A DNA stretch of 64,000 bases from Cetobacterium sp. (GTDB lineage: Bacteria; Fusobacteriota; Fusobacteriia; Fusobacteriales; Fusobacteriaceae): NCBI GenBank assembly GCA_051654725.1, contig JBOFYP010000073.1:4199-68198 (forward strand), in the 5' to 3' direction. The notes beneath the pieces were generated by a model. It was not told the origin of the DNA. It did no database searches and worked only from the letters and a program-made list of their open reading frames with translations. Below are positions 9,470-18,840 of this stretch, one piece after another; positions within the stretch are counted from its first letter, which is position 1, and every line of letters begins with the position of its first letter. A program made the translations under genes and the position numbers.

Positions 9470-10090
9470 ATGAAAAAAATGATAGGAATATTTTTTGTAG
9501 TTTTGAATTTAATATCTTTAGGAGATGAAAGACCGTCACAAATCCGAAACTTAGAAAATCAAATTTCAAGACAAGATGATAGAGATAAAGCAGCAGTTTT
9601 GATAAAAGATTATGAAAATATTTTTAAAAATTATTTATTATCAATAAATAGTGATGAAAATAGGATTTTCTATCTAGGAGATCAATATTTTAGAAACAGA
9701 AAATATGAAAGAGCAGCACAAATTTTTAGTAGTAATATAGATAGTTCAAGAAATTTATTTGGAGCAGCAACAAGTTATAGATTTATTGGTGAGTATAATA
9801 AAGCAGTAGATTTTTACAGTGTAGCTATCTCTATTGAACCAAACATGAGAGAAGCATACTTAGGAAGAGGACTTGCATATAGAAATTTAGGAAGGTATAA
9901 TAAAGCTATTGATGATTTTGAAATTTACATGAATTATGGTCAAAGTATAGAAGGATTTTTAGCATTGTCAGATGTTTATTTAGCAGAGAAAAAAATAGAG
10001 AGAGCTAGAGAGGTTCTTCAAGAAGGAAGAAGATTATATCCAGGGTCAAAAGAGATAAGTAATATGCTAACATCAACATATTCTAAATAA
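9470..10090 (+). CDS. Exported tetratricopeptide-repeat protein
   Basis: N-terminal signal-like segment and TPR motifs (AYLGRGLAYRNLGRYNKAIDDF). Confidence 0.8.
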   Translation: MKKMIGIFFVVLNLISLGDERPSQIRNLENQISRQDDRDKAAVLIKDYENIFKNYLLSINSDENRIFYLGDQYFRNRKYERAAQIFSSNIDSSRNLFGAATSYRFIGEYNKAVDFYSVAISIEPNMREAYLGRGLAYRNLGRYNKAIDDFEIYMNYGQSIEGFLALSDVYLAEKKIERAREVLQEGRRLYPGSKEISNMLTSTYSK

Positions 10091-10104
10091 GAAAGAGGTT
10101 TTTT

Positions 10105-11169
10105 ATGGAATGGTATCGTTTGAAATTGGTAGGATTAAAAAGTAGTAAGATTAGAGCTTTGATGAATAATTATAAAAGATATAAAGAAATTTTTACTAAT
10201 CTAGATGAACTTAAAAATATATTAAATTTCACTCATGAAGATACAGAGTTAGTAATGAATTCAAATAATAATGAACAATATTTAGATACTATAAATTTTT
10301 TAGAAAACAATAAAATAGGTTTAATTGATATGAACGATTATAGATATCCTGAAAATTTAAAAAATATAGCTAAACCACCACTTTTTTTATTTTATAAAGG
10401 AGATATAGACCTTTTAAATAAAGAGAGAATGATTTCAGTTATAGGAACAAGACGTTCTACAAAATATGGTGAACTCGGTTGTCAATCGGTAGTAAAAGAT
10501 TTGGTGGATGGAGAGGTTGTAGTAGTAAGTGGATTGGCTTTAGGAATAGATTCGTTGGCTCATGGAGAGGCTTTGAGATTAAAGGGTAAAACAGTAGCAG
10601 TTCTAGGTTGTGGTATAAACGTTAATTACCCAAGAACTAATACTAAATTAAGAAAAGAGATAGAAAAAAACGGTTTGGTAATTTCTGAATTTTCATTGAA
10701 CTCAGAACCGACACCTGAAAAATTTCCAGTTAGAAATAGAATAATAGCTGGATTAACCAAAGGGACAATTGTAATAGAGAGTTCTATGAAAGGTGGAAGT
10801 TTGATAACAGCAAATCAAGCTTTAGAAGAGGGAAGAGATGTTTTTGCAATACCTGGTGATATAACTTATCCTCTTTCTCAAGGATGTAATGAATTAATAA
10901 AAAAATCTCATGCAAAATTGGTAACAAGTGGAGAAGATATTTTAAAAGAGTATAATTGGAGTAAAAAAAGTCAAGCTGGTGAAGAATTTAATAGATTGAC
11001 TGGAATAAAATTAAAAATATACACTGTATTAAAAACGAAAATGCATTTAGAAGAAATAAAGAAAGAATTAGTTTGTAACACTAGTGAATTACTGAGTAAT
11101 TTAATGGAGTTAGAAATAGAAGGTTATGTTCAAAGTTTACCTGCAGGACACTACAGAAGACGTTTATAA
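10105..11169 (+). CDS. dprA: DNA-processing protein DprA
   Basis: IGTR, VSGLALGID, FPVRNRIIAGL, GGSLITA, C-terminal winged helix. Confidence 0.96.
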   Translation: MEWYRLKLVGLKSSKIRALMNNYKRYKEIFTNLDELKNILNFTHEDTELVMNSNNNEQYLDTINFLENNKIGLIDMNDYRYPENLKNIAKPPLFLFYKGDIDLLNKERMISVIGTRRSTKYGELGCQSVVKDLVDGEVVVVSGLALGIDSLAHGEALRLKGKTVAVLGCGINVNYPRTNTKLRKEIEKNGLVISEFSLNSEPTPEKFPVRNRIIAGLTKGTIVIESSMKGGSLITANQALEEGRDVFAIPGDITYPLSQGCNELIKKSHAKLVTSGEDILKEYNWSKKSQAGEEFNRLTGIKLKIYTVLKTKMHLEEIKKELVCNTSELLSNLMELEIEGYVQSLPAGHYRRRL

Positions 11170-11191
11170 ATGGGAAACTTTATGGCCTTAG

Positions 11192-11220
11192 TTGATTTTT
11201 TTATGATTTTCTAATATAAT
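11192..11220 (+). promoter_or_regulatory. Sigma70-type promoter for topA
   Basis: TTGATT-17 nt-TATAAT. Confidence 0.55.
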
Positions 11221-11265
11221 TAAGAGCGAATAATGTATATAGAGAAAATTTTAGGGGTGAAAATA

Positions 11266-13524
11266 GTGGCGAAAAAAAACTTAGTAATAGTAGAGTCTCC
11301 TGCAAAAGCAAAAACAATTGAAAAAATATTGGGGAATAATTTTCATGTTACAGCTTCTTTTGGACATGTAAGAGATTTGCCAAAAAGTAAAATTGGAGTA
11401 GATGTAGAGGCTGGATTTAAACCGAGTTATTCTACAATTAGAGGAAAAGGTGATATAATAAAAACCTTAAAAGATTTAGCAAAAAAATCAGATAAGATTT
11501 ATTTAGCATCCGATCCAGATAGAGAGGGTGAAGCAATTGCTTGGCATTTAGCACAAACCCTAAAATTAGACGAAAATGAAGCAAATAGAATAGAATTCAA
11601 CGAAATAACAAATGTTGCAATAAGGGAAGCTATAAAAAATCCTAGAAAAGTTGATATTAACAGAGTTAATGCTCAACAAGCTAGAAGAATTTTAGATAGA
11701 TTGGTTGGTTATGAGATAAGTCCACTTTTATGGAAAGCTATATCTTCAAATACCAGTGCTGGAAGAGTTCAATCAGTAGCTTTAAAGCTAGTTTGTGATT
11801 TAGAAGATAAAATAAAAAAGTTTATACCTGAAAAATTCTGGGATATAAAAGGAGAGTTTCAAAATGACATGAATCTTTCACTTTATAAAGTAGAAGGAAA
11901 AAGATTTGAAAGAATAACAGATGAAACTGTTGTTCAAAATGTTAAATTAACTTTGAACTCAGAATATGAAGTTATAAATTCTAAAGTAAGCAAAAAATCT
12001 AAAAACCCACCATTACCATTAAAAACAAGTACATTACAGCAATTATCATCGTCATATATTGGATTTTCAGCTTCAAAAACTATGTCTGTAGCTCAAAGTT
12101 TGTATGAGGGTATCAGTATTGATGGAACTCAAAAAGGATTAATAACTTATATGAGAACAGATTCAACAAGAATTTCTGAAGAAGCTAAAGGGATGGCTAA
12201 AAGTTATATAACAGAAAATTTTGGGAAAGAGTATTTAGGTAAAGAGGTTGTAAAGAAGAAAAAAGATGAAAAAATACAAGATGCCCATGAAGCTGTTAGA
12301 CCTACAGAGATATATTTAGTTCCAGATAAAATTAAAAAAGACTTAACACCAGATCAATATAAGTTATATAAACTTATTTGGGATAGATTTATGATTTCAC
12401 AGTTAGCTCCTATGGAGTATGAGCAGTTTGAAATAATTCTTCAGAATGGTGCTTATCAATTTAGAGGAACTTTAAATAAAATAATTTTTGATGGTTACTA
12501 TAAAGTCTTTAAAGATGAAGAAGATTTACCGTTAGGACAATTCCCAATTATAAACGAGGGTGATTATTTAGAATTAAATAAACTAAATATTAAAGAAGAC
12601 TGGACAAAACCACCAGCTAGATTAACTGAATCATCTTTAGTAAAAAAATTAGAAGCAGATGGAATAGGAAGACCTTCAACATATGCAGCAATAATAGAAA
12701 CATTAAAAAAGAGAGAGTATGTTATACTAGAAGGGAAAAGTTTTGTTCCAACAGAGTTAGGATATGAAATAAAATCTATTTTAGAGATAAATTTTAAAGA
12801 GATAATGGATGTTAAATTTACGGCTTCTTTAGAAGATGGATTAGATTCTGTTGAAGAGGGTCAAAAAAATTGGGTTGAAATATTAGAAGATTTCTATTCA
12901 AAACTTTCAAAAGACTTAGAACTGTATAAAGCTAAAGTTGAAGAGGAATCAAGTAGAATTATAACTTCGGATGTTCCTTGTCCTTGTGGAAAAGGAAATA
13001 TGATTATGAAAAATGGTAGATTTGGAAGATACTTGTGTTGTACGGATGAGGAATGTAAGGAAAAATACTCTTTAAAAGGTTTAGATATCTCATTAGAAGA
13101 TATCAAAGCTGGAGATATAACAGTAAAAGATGTTTTAGAAGAGCAACTAAGAGTTAAACAAGGAAAAATGACAGATGTTTGCTTAGAAAATGGAACTAAA
13201 CTTCTTTTAAAATTAGGAAGATTTGGAAGTTATTTAGAAAGTCAAAACTTTAAAGAGGATAATGAAAGAGTTTCTTTACCAGGTGAGGTAAAAAAATTAT
13301 TAATGAATGGTTCTATAGAAGAGATTGATGGAATAGTTCAATTGAAATGGATAATGGATGGAATTCAAAAAGAAGAGGAAGAGATTCTTAAAAATGCAGG
13401 AAATTGTGAAAAGTGTGGAAAACCATTTAAGATAGGAAGAGGTAGATGGGGGAAATTCCTAGCTTGTACTGGATATCCTGATTGTAAAAATATAAAAAAA
13501 TTAGAAAAAGATAAAAAAGAGTAA
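11266..13524 (+). CDS. topA: DNA topoisomerase I (type IA)
   Basis: LVIVESPAKAK, DPDREGE, SAGRVQ, ITYMRTDS, GIGRPSTYA, C-terminal Zn ribbons. Probable GTG start at 11266 after the AGGGGTGA RBS. Confidence 0.97.
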   Translation: MAKKNLVIVESPAKAKTIEKILGNNFHVTASFGHVRDLPKSKIGVDVEAGFKPSYSTIRGKGDIIKTLKDLAKKSDKIYLASDPDREGEAIAWHLAQTLKLDENEANRIEFNEITNVAIREAIKNPRKVDINRVNAQQARRILDRLVGYEISPLLWKAISSNTSAGRVQSVALKLVCDLEDKIKKFIPEKFWDIKGEFQNDMNLSLYKVEGKRFERITDETVVQNVKLTLNSEYEVINSKVSKKSKNPPLPLKTSTLQQLSSSYIGFSASKTMSVAQSLYEGISIDGTQKGLITYMRTDSTRISEEAKGMAKSYITENFGKEYLGKEVVKKKKDEKIQDAHEAVRPTEIYLVPDKIKKDLTPDQYKLYKLIWDRFMISQLAPMEYEQFEIILQNGAYQFRGTLNKIIFDGYYKVFKDEEDLPLGQFPIINEGDYLELNKLNIKEDWTKPPARLTESSLVKKLEADGIGRPSTYAAIIETLKKREYVILEGKSFVPTELGYEIKSILEINFKEIMDVKFTASLEDGLDSVEEGQKNWVEILEDFYSKLSKDLELYKAKVEEESSRIITSDVPCPCGKGNMIMKNGRFGRYLCCTDEECKEKYSLKGLDISLEDIKAGDITVKDVLEEQLRVKQGKMTDVCLENGTKLLLKLGRFGSYLESQNFKEDNERVSLPGEVKKLLMNGSIEEIDGIVQLKWIMDGIQKEEEEILKNAGNCEKCGKPFKIGRGRWGKFLACTGYPDCKNIKKLEKDKKE

Positions 13525-13535
13525 CCGACAAAGAA

Positions 13536-13559
13536 CTCGCCTTTTTAGGCGAGAATTTT
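13536..13559 (+). terminator. Hairpin between topA and trmFO
   Basis: ctcgcct-tttt-aggcgag with a weak T tail. Confidence 0.45.
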
Positions 13560-13582
13560 GTATGTGTATAAAAGGAGAATGT

Positions 13583-14893
13583 ATGATAAATAAAGAGGTA
13601 ATAGTAATTGGAGCTGGATTAGCTGGTTCAGAAGCAGCTTATCAATTAGCAAAAGCTGGTGTAAAAGTTAAATTATATGAGATGAGACCGAAAGTATCAA
13701 CTGAAGCTCATAAAAGTGAAAAATTTGCTGAGTTAGTGTGTAGTAATTCATTAGGAGGAAACCATTTAGGAAACGCTTCTGGATTGATGAAAGAAGAGTT
13801 AAGAAGAATGGGGTCTTTACTTATAGAGATTGCAGATGAAACAAAAGTTCCTGCAGGACAAGCATTAGCAGTTGATAGAGAAGGTTTCTCTGAAAGAATA
13901 ACAGAGATATTACATTCTATGGAAAATATAGAAATTATTAATGAAGAGTTAAAAGAGATACCAAAAGATAAGATTGTTATTGTAGCAAGTGGACCTTTAA
14001 CTTCTGATAATCTTTCAAAAAATATATCAGAAGTTTTAGAGCAAGAATATCTTTATTTCTATGACGCAGCAGCACCAATTGTAACATTAGAATCAATTGA
14101 CCAAGAAAAGGTATTCTATCAATCAAGATATGATAAAGGAGAGGGAGAATATATAAACTGTCCTATGAATAAAGAGCAATACGAAGCTTTCTATGATGCT
14201 TTGATTACAGCTGAAAGAGCACCAATGAAAAAATTTGAAGAGGAAAAGCTATTTGAGGCTTGTATGCCAGTTGAAAGAATTGCTCAAAGAGGATTTAAAA
14301 CATTACTATTTGGTCCATTAAAACCAAAAGGATTAATAAATCCAAGAACAGAGAAAGAGGAATTTGCTGTTGTTCAATTGAGACAAGATGACAAAGATGG
14401 TAAATTATATAACCTTGTAGGATTCCAAACAAATTTAAAGTGGGGAGAGCAAAAAAGAGTTTTCTCAATGATACCAGGTTTAGAAAATGCTGAATTTGTT
14501 AGATATGGAGTAATGCATAGAAATACATTTATAAATTCAACAAAATTATTAACACCAGCACTGAATTTAAAGTCTAATGATAATATATACTTTGCAGGAC
14601 AAATAACAGGTGGAGAGGGATATGTTTGTGCAATTGCAACAGGATTGATGGCAGCTACAAATATATTAAGAAAGATGGATGGTAAACAACCATTAATCTT
14701 AGATGATAGAAGTTCTATAGGAGCTATTATAAAATATATAACAGAGGAAAAAAAGAATTTCCAACCAATGGGACCAAACTTTGGTGTTATAAAATCTTTA
14801 GAAGAAAGAATAAGAGATAAAAAAGAAAAGTACAATAAAATATCTACAATAGCTTTAGATTATTTAGCAGAAAAGTTAATAGAAGAGAAATAA
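13583..14893 (+). CDS. trmFO: Folate/FAD-dependent tRNA (uracil-54) methyltransferase
   Basis: GAGLAGSEAA, ELVCSNS, FYDAAAPIV, RYGVMHRN. ATG 13583 follows AAGGAG. Confidence 0.97.
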   Translation: MINKEVIVIGAGLAGSEAAYQLAKAGVKVKLYEMRPKVSTEAHKSEKFAELVCSNSLGGNHLGNASGLMKEELRRMGSLLIEIADETKVPAGQALAVDREGFSERITEILHSMENIEIINEELKEIPKDKIVIVASGPLTSDNLSKNISEVLEQEYLYFYDAAAPIVTLESIDQEKVFYQSRYDKGEGEYINCPMNKEQYEAFYDALITAERAPMKKFEEEKLFEACMPVERIAQRGFKTLLFGPLKPKGLINPRTEKEEFAVVQLRQDDKDGKLYNLVGFQTNLKWGEQKRVFSMIPGLENAEFVRYGVMHRNTFINSTKLLTPALNLKSNDNIYFAGQITGGEGYVCAIATGLMAATNILRKMDGKQPLILDDRSSIGAIIKYITEEKKNFQPMGPNFGVIKSLEERIRDKKEKYNKISTIALDYLAEKLIEEK

Positions 14894-14904
14894 AAGGAGT
14901 TTGG

Positions 14905-15786
14905 ATGGGTACTCTTGATTTGATAGTTAATATAAAAGAATTTTTATATCACTGTGAGTTTGGGAAAGGGAAGAGTCTAAATACAATAAAATCTTTAAGG
15001 ATAGATTTATATCGGTTTAACGACTATATAAAAAAATGTGAAGACTTAGAAAAAATTTCTGATATTGATGGATTTAACTTTCGTGAATTCTTAATAGAAC
15101 TTCAGAGTGATAATATAGGAAAAAGATCTATAAACAGAAAAATATCTTCATTGAAATCATTTTTTAAATATTTAAAAGAGATTGATAAAATAAAAAATAA
15201 TCCAGCTCAATTAATAGTAGCACCTAGCTATGATAGGGGTATTCCAGAAGTTTTGAGCTTGGAAGAGATAAAAATTATGAGAAAAACAATTGAACTAAAA
15301 AATCATCATAGTTTAAGAGATAGATTGATTGTTGAACTACTTTATTCAAGTGGAATAACATCACAAGAGCTTTTAGGATTAGGTGAAGATGTTTTTGATT
15401 GTGATAATAGGGAAGTTGTTGTAAGTAGTTTTAAAAAATATAGAACAGTGTTTTTTAGTGAAAGAACTAGAGAGTTTTATAAAAGATATATTTTAGCAAA
15501 AAAAGAAAAGTTAGGCGACAAATATAAAAAAGATATTCTTTTTGTTAATGGTTCTGCAGGAAGATTAACAGATCGTTCTTTAAGACGGCTTATTGATAGA
15601 TATGCTATAAAGGGTGGAATAACAAAAGAGATAAGTCCACACTCGTTTAGACATACTTTTGCTGTTCATATGCTAGAGAACGGCTTGACAATAGTTGAAC
15701 TTCAAAAATTGTTAGGACATACAAATTTAGAATCAACAAAAATATATATAGAAGCTTTAGAAAAGAAAAAGAAAAAAAATTTATAA
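14905..15786 (+). CDS. XerC/CodV-like tyrosine recombinase (non-canonical active site)
   Basis: N-terminal SAM-like domain (RKISSLKSFFKYL), RDRLIVELLYSSG, HSFRHTFA, LLGH..L.STKIY. Sits in the dprA-topA-trmFO-xer gene order. Confidence 0.85.
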   Translation: MGTLDLIVNIKEFLYHCEFGKGKSLNTIKSLRIDLYRFNDYIKKCEDLEKISDIDGFNFREFLIELQSDNIGKRSINRKISSLKSFFKYLKEIDKIKNNPAQLIVAPSYDRGIPEVLSLEEIKIMRKTIELKNHHSLRDRLIVELLYSSGITSQELLGLGEDVFDCDNREVVVSSFKKYRTVFFSERTREFYKRYILAKKEKLGDKYKKDILFVNGSAGRLTDRSLRRLIDRYAIKGGITKEISPHSFRHTFAVHMLENGLTIVELQKLLGHTNLESTKIYIEALEKKKKKNL

Positions 15787-15805
15787 TATAATCAAAGGAG
15801 ATTTT

Positions 15806-16918
15806 ATGACAAAAAAATGTATAGGTTGTGGAATTGAACTTCAAGGAGAAAACTCGAGTTCAAATGGATTTTTACCTAAATCAGTTTTAGAAAGTGGTAG
15901 CAAAGAATTACTTTGTCAAAGATGTTTTAAAATAAAAAATTACGGACAATATATACCTATAAAAATGACAAAAGAAGATTATAGAAATGAAGTTCAAAAA
16001 AGTTTATCAGAAGCAGATGTAGCTATACCAGTTTTTGATATAATTGATTTTGAAGGTTCATTTGATGATGATATTTTAGATATCCTAAGAGAGATGGAAT
16101 CTATTATTGTAATCAATAAACTAGATTTAATACCAGATGATAAGCATCCTTCTGAAGTTGCTGATTGGGTAAAAGGAAGATTAGCTGAAGAGGGAATTGC
16201 ACCATTAGATATAGCTATAGTTAGTTCAAAAAATGGATATGGTATAAATGGAATATTTAAAAAAATAAAGCATTTCTATCCAAATGGAGCAACTGCATTA
16301 GTTTTAGGAGTTACAAACGTTGGTAAATCAAGTATTATCAATAAGCTAATAGGGGCTAAAAGAGTAACAGTTTCAAAATTCCCAGGAACAACATTAAAGA
16401 GTATAAAAACAGAGATTCCATTCTCTAAAATAACTTTAATAGATACACCAGGATTAATCCCAAAAGGTAGATTCTCTGATTTTGTGTGTCAAGAATGTAA
16501 TCAAAATATAATTCCAGCAAATGAAATATCTAGAAAAACATTTAAAGTTGAAAAAGATAGAGTAATATTAATTGGTGGAATGATTCAAATGACAGTTTTA
16601 AATAATGATGATTTAAAACCAATATTCTCTTTATATGCTTCTAAAGATGTAACTTTCCATGAAACAAATATTGAAAAAGCAGCGGAATTAATGAATGGAG
16701 CAGATTTTATAACACCACCATGTGATAGTTGTAGAGATGAATTCAATGCATTAGAAAAGGATGTTGAAATATATACTGTTGAAACTGGTGAAGAGTTAGT
16801 ATTTAAAGGATTAGGATGGCTTTCTGTAAAAAGAGGACCTTTATATGTAGAAGTAACATCACCTAAAGGTGGAGATGTAATAGTAAGAAATGCATTTATA
16901 AAACCTAAGAGATCATAA
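15806..16918 (+). CDS. yqeH: Ribosome biogenesis GTPase YqeH
   Basis: CIGCG...CQRC Zn motif. Permuted G-domain with NKLD before GVTNVGKS, then PGTT and DTPG. Confidence 0.93.
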   Translation: MTKKCIGCGIELQGENSSSNGFLPKSVLESGSKELLCQRCFKIKNYGQYIPIKMTKEDYRNEVQKSLSEADVAIPVFDIIDFEGSFDDDILDILREMESIIVINKLDLIPDDKHPSEVADWVKGRLAEEGIAPLDIAIVSSKNGYGINGIFKKIKHFYPNGATALVLGVTNVGKSSIINKLIGAKRVTVSKFPGTTLKSIKTEIPFSKITLIDTPGLIPKGRFSDFVCQECNQNIIPANEISRKTFKVEKDRVILIGGMIQMTVLNNDDLKPIFSLYASKDVTFHETNIEKAAELMNGADFITPPCDSCRDEFNALEKDVEIYTVETGEELVFKGLGWLSVKRGPLYVEVTSPKGGDVIVRNAFIKPKRS

Positions 16919-16941
16919 AACATAATAAGAGGTTATAGATT

Positions 16942-17418
16942 ATGGAAAAAGATGGAAGAATAACCACTTTAAATTGGATTATAAATATAGGAGTAACTGT
17001 ATTATTTATCTATTTAGCAATGAGAGGTATAGATGACTTAACAGGTACTTATAAAATAGATGAAACTGTAAGAAGCACAAAAGAGTTAAGAGTGGCTTTA
17101 GAAAAGTATTATCAAATAACAGGTACTTATCCAGATTTGATAAAAGATGGAGTAAATTCAAACTTACATATTTTAGATTATACAGATAATGAAGGTAATA
17201 AAATCTCTTTTGCAGAAATTTACGGAAGAAAAACATTAGCAAAAACATATGGAAGCACTTCAATTATTGCTTCCAATGAAGTTTTTGATACTCAAAATTT
17301 TGAAATAGGAAGCAAAAAAGGTGGTTGGAATTACAACTTTTCTCAAAGAACAGGTGAAATTCATCCAAATTTACCAGAAGATATTTATATAGAAAAAATA
17401 AATTGGAATAGACAGTAG
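16942..17418 (+). CDS. Membrane-anchored protein with a GspG/pseudopilin-like helix
   Basis: N-terminal hydrophobic helix followed by LRVALEKYYQITGTYP, resembling the pseudopilin alpha1-C motif. RBS AGAGG present. Confidence 0.5.
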   Translation: MEKDGRITTLNWIINIGVTVLFIYLAMRGIDDLTGTYKIDETVRSTKELRVALEKYYQITGTYPDLIKDGVNSNLHILDYTDNEGNKISFAEIYGRKTLAKTYGSTSIIASNEVFDTQNFEIGSKKGGWNYNFSQRTGEIHPNLPEDIYIEKINWNRQ

Positions 17419-17434
17419 TATAAACGGAGGAAAA

Positions 17435-18826
17435 ATGTACGATATTATATTTTTAGGTGGTGGACAAGCAGGAGTTTTTGGTGCTTATGAAGCTATAAAA
17501 AAGAATAAAGATTTAAAAGTTTTAGTTTTAGATAAGGGGAGAATGTTAACACAAAGAGTTTGTCCAAAAGAAAAATTGGGTGTATGTGTGAAATGTCCAA
17601 CTTGTGCAATAATTTATGGTGTATCAGGAGCAGGAGCATTTTCAGATTCTAAATTCAATATGGATTACAGAGTTGGTGGAGATGTACACGTATTAACAGG
17701 AAAAAGCTTAGTTAACGAAACGATTCAATACGTAGCAAATATTTATAAAGATTTTGGATTTGATGAGAAACCTTCTGGTTTAGAGTATAACCAAGTTATG
17801 CTAGATATAAAGAAAAGATGTATTGAAAATAATGTTCAATTAGTTGATACTCCAACAATGCATTTAGGAACAGATGGTTCAAGAGAGTTATACACAAAGT
17901 TAGTAAATGAACTTTTAGAAAAAGGTGTAGAGTTTTTAACTGAGAGATCAGCAGAAGATTTAATAATAGAAAATGGTTCTATCAAAGGTGTAGTTGTAAA
18001 GAATAAAAAAGATGAGATTGAGAGCTATTATTCAAACAGTGTTGTAATTGGACTTGGTAGAAGTGGTGCTCAAAAACTTATGGGTATGTGTGAAAAATCT
18101 GGTGTATCTTATGAAACTGGTGCTGTAGATTTAGGAGTTAGAGTAGAGATTCCTGATTTAGTAATGAAAGATATCAATGAAAACTTCTATGAAGCTAAAA
18201 TGATTTATCATACAACAAAATATAGAGATAAAATGAGAACATTCTGCTCAAACCCAAGTGGATTCATAGCAGCAGAAAAGCATAGTGACGATGTTGTATT
18301 GGCAAATGGTCATGCTTACAAGGATAAAAAATCACAAAATACAAACTTAGCTTTACTTTGTACAAAAACATTTACTCAACCATTTAAACAACCATTTGAG
18401 TATGCAACAGCTATAGCTAAGATGTCATCTATGTTAACTGGTGGAAAAATATTAATGCAATCTTATGGAGATTTAAAAGTTGGTAGAAGATCAACAGATG
18501 AATCAATTGCTAGATTAAATATAATTCCAACAACTGAGGATTATGTAGCAGGGGATATATCACTTGCTTGCCCTAAAAGAATATTAGACAATATAATTGA
18601 GTTTATTGAAGTTCATGATAAAATAACTCCTGGTTTTGCATCAAGTGATTTAGTGCTATACTTCCCAGAGATAAAATTTAGAAGTACTAGAATAAAAATA
18701 GATGCTAATATGGAAACAAATATAAAAGGACTTTATGCAGCAGGAGATAGTTCAGGATATGGAAGTGGACTAAATATAGCAGCAGTAATGGGCATATTAG
18801 CAGTAAGACATATAATTTCTAAATAA
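17435..18826 (+). CDS. Uncharacterised FAD-dependent oxidoreductase with a Cys cluster
   Basis: GGGQAG dinucleotide fold, CP...CVKCPTC, GAGAFSD.K, HLGTD, RTFCSNP.G, NGH, GLYAAGD. Confidence 0.85.
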   Translation: MYDIIFLGGGQAGVFGAYEAIKKNKDLKVLVLDKGRMLTQRVCPKEKLGVCVKCPTCAIIYGVSGAGAFSDSKFNMDYRVGGDVHVLTGKSLVNETIQYVANIYKDFGFDEKPSGLEYNQVMLDIKKRCIENNVQLVDTPTMHLGTDGSRELYTKLVNELLEKGVEFLTERSAEDLIIENGSIKGVVVKNKKDEIESYYSNSVVIGLGRSGAQKLMGMCEKSGVSYETGAVDLGVRVEIPDLVMKDINENFYEAKMIYHTTKYRDKMRTFCSNPSGFIAAEKHSDDVVLANGHAYKDKKSQNTNLALLCTKTFTQPFKQPFEYATAIAKMSSMLTGGKILMQSYGDLKVGRRSTDESIARLNIIPTTEDYVAGDISLACPKRILDNIIEFIEVHDKITPGFASSDLVLYFPEIKFRSTRIKIDANMETNIKGLYAAGDSSGYGSGLNIAAVMGILAVRHIISK

Positions 18827-18840
18827 CTTGGAGGAGTATT

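Noticed and set aside
14374-14835. 153-aa minus-strand ORF, and the other short minus-strand ORFs such as 48314..48745, 39435..39809 and 16585..16923
   Set aside because: All lie antisense to well-conserved genes and lack recognisable domains. They are expected by-products of codon bias.
14905-15786. Integrase marking a prophage or genomic island
   Set aside because: It is flanked by core genes in the conserved xerC position, with no att repeats, phage genes or composition shift.
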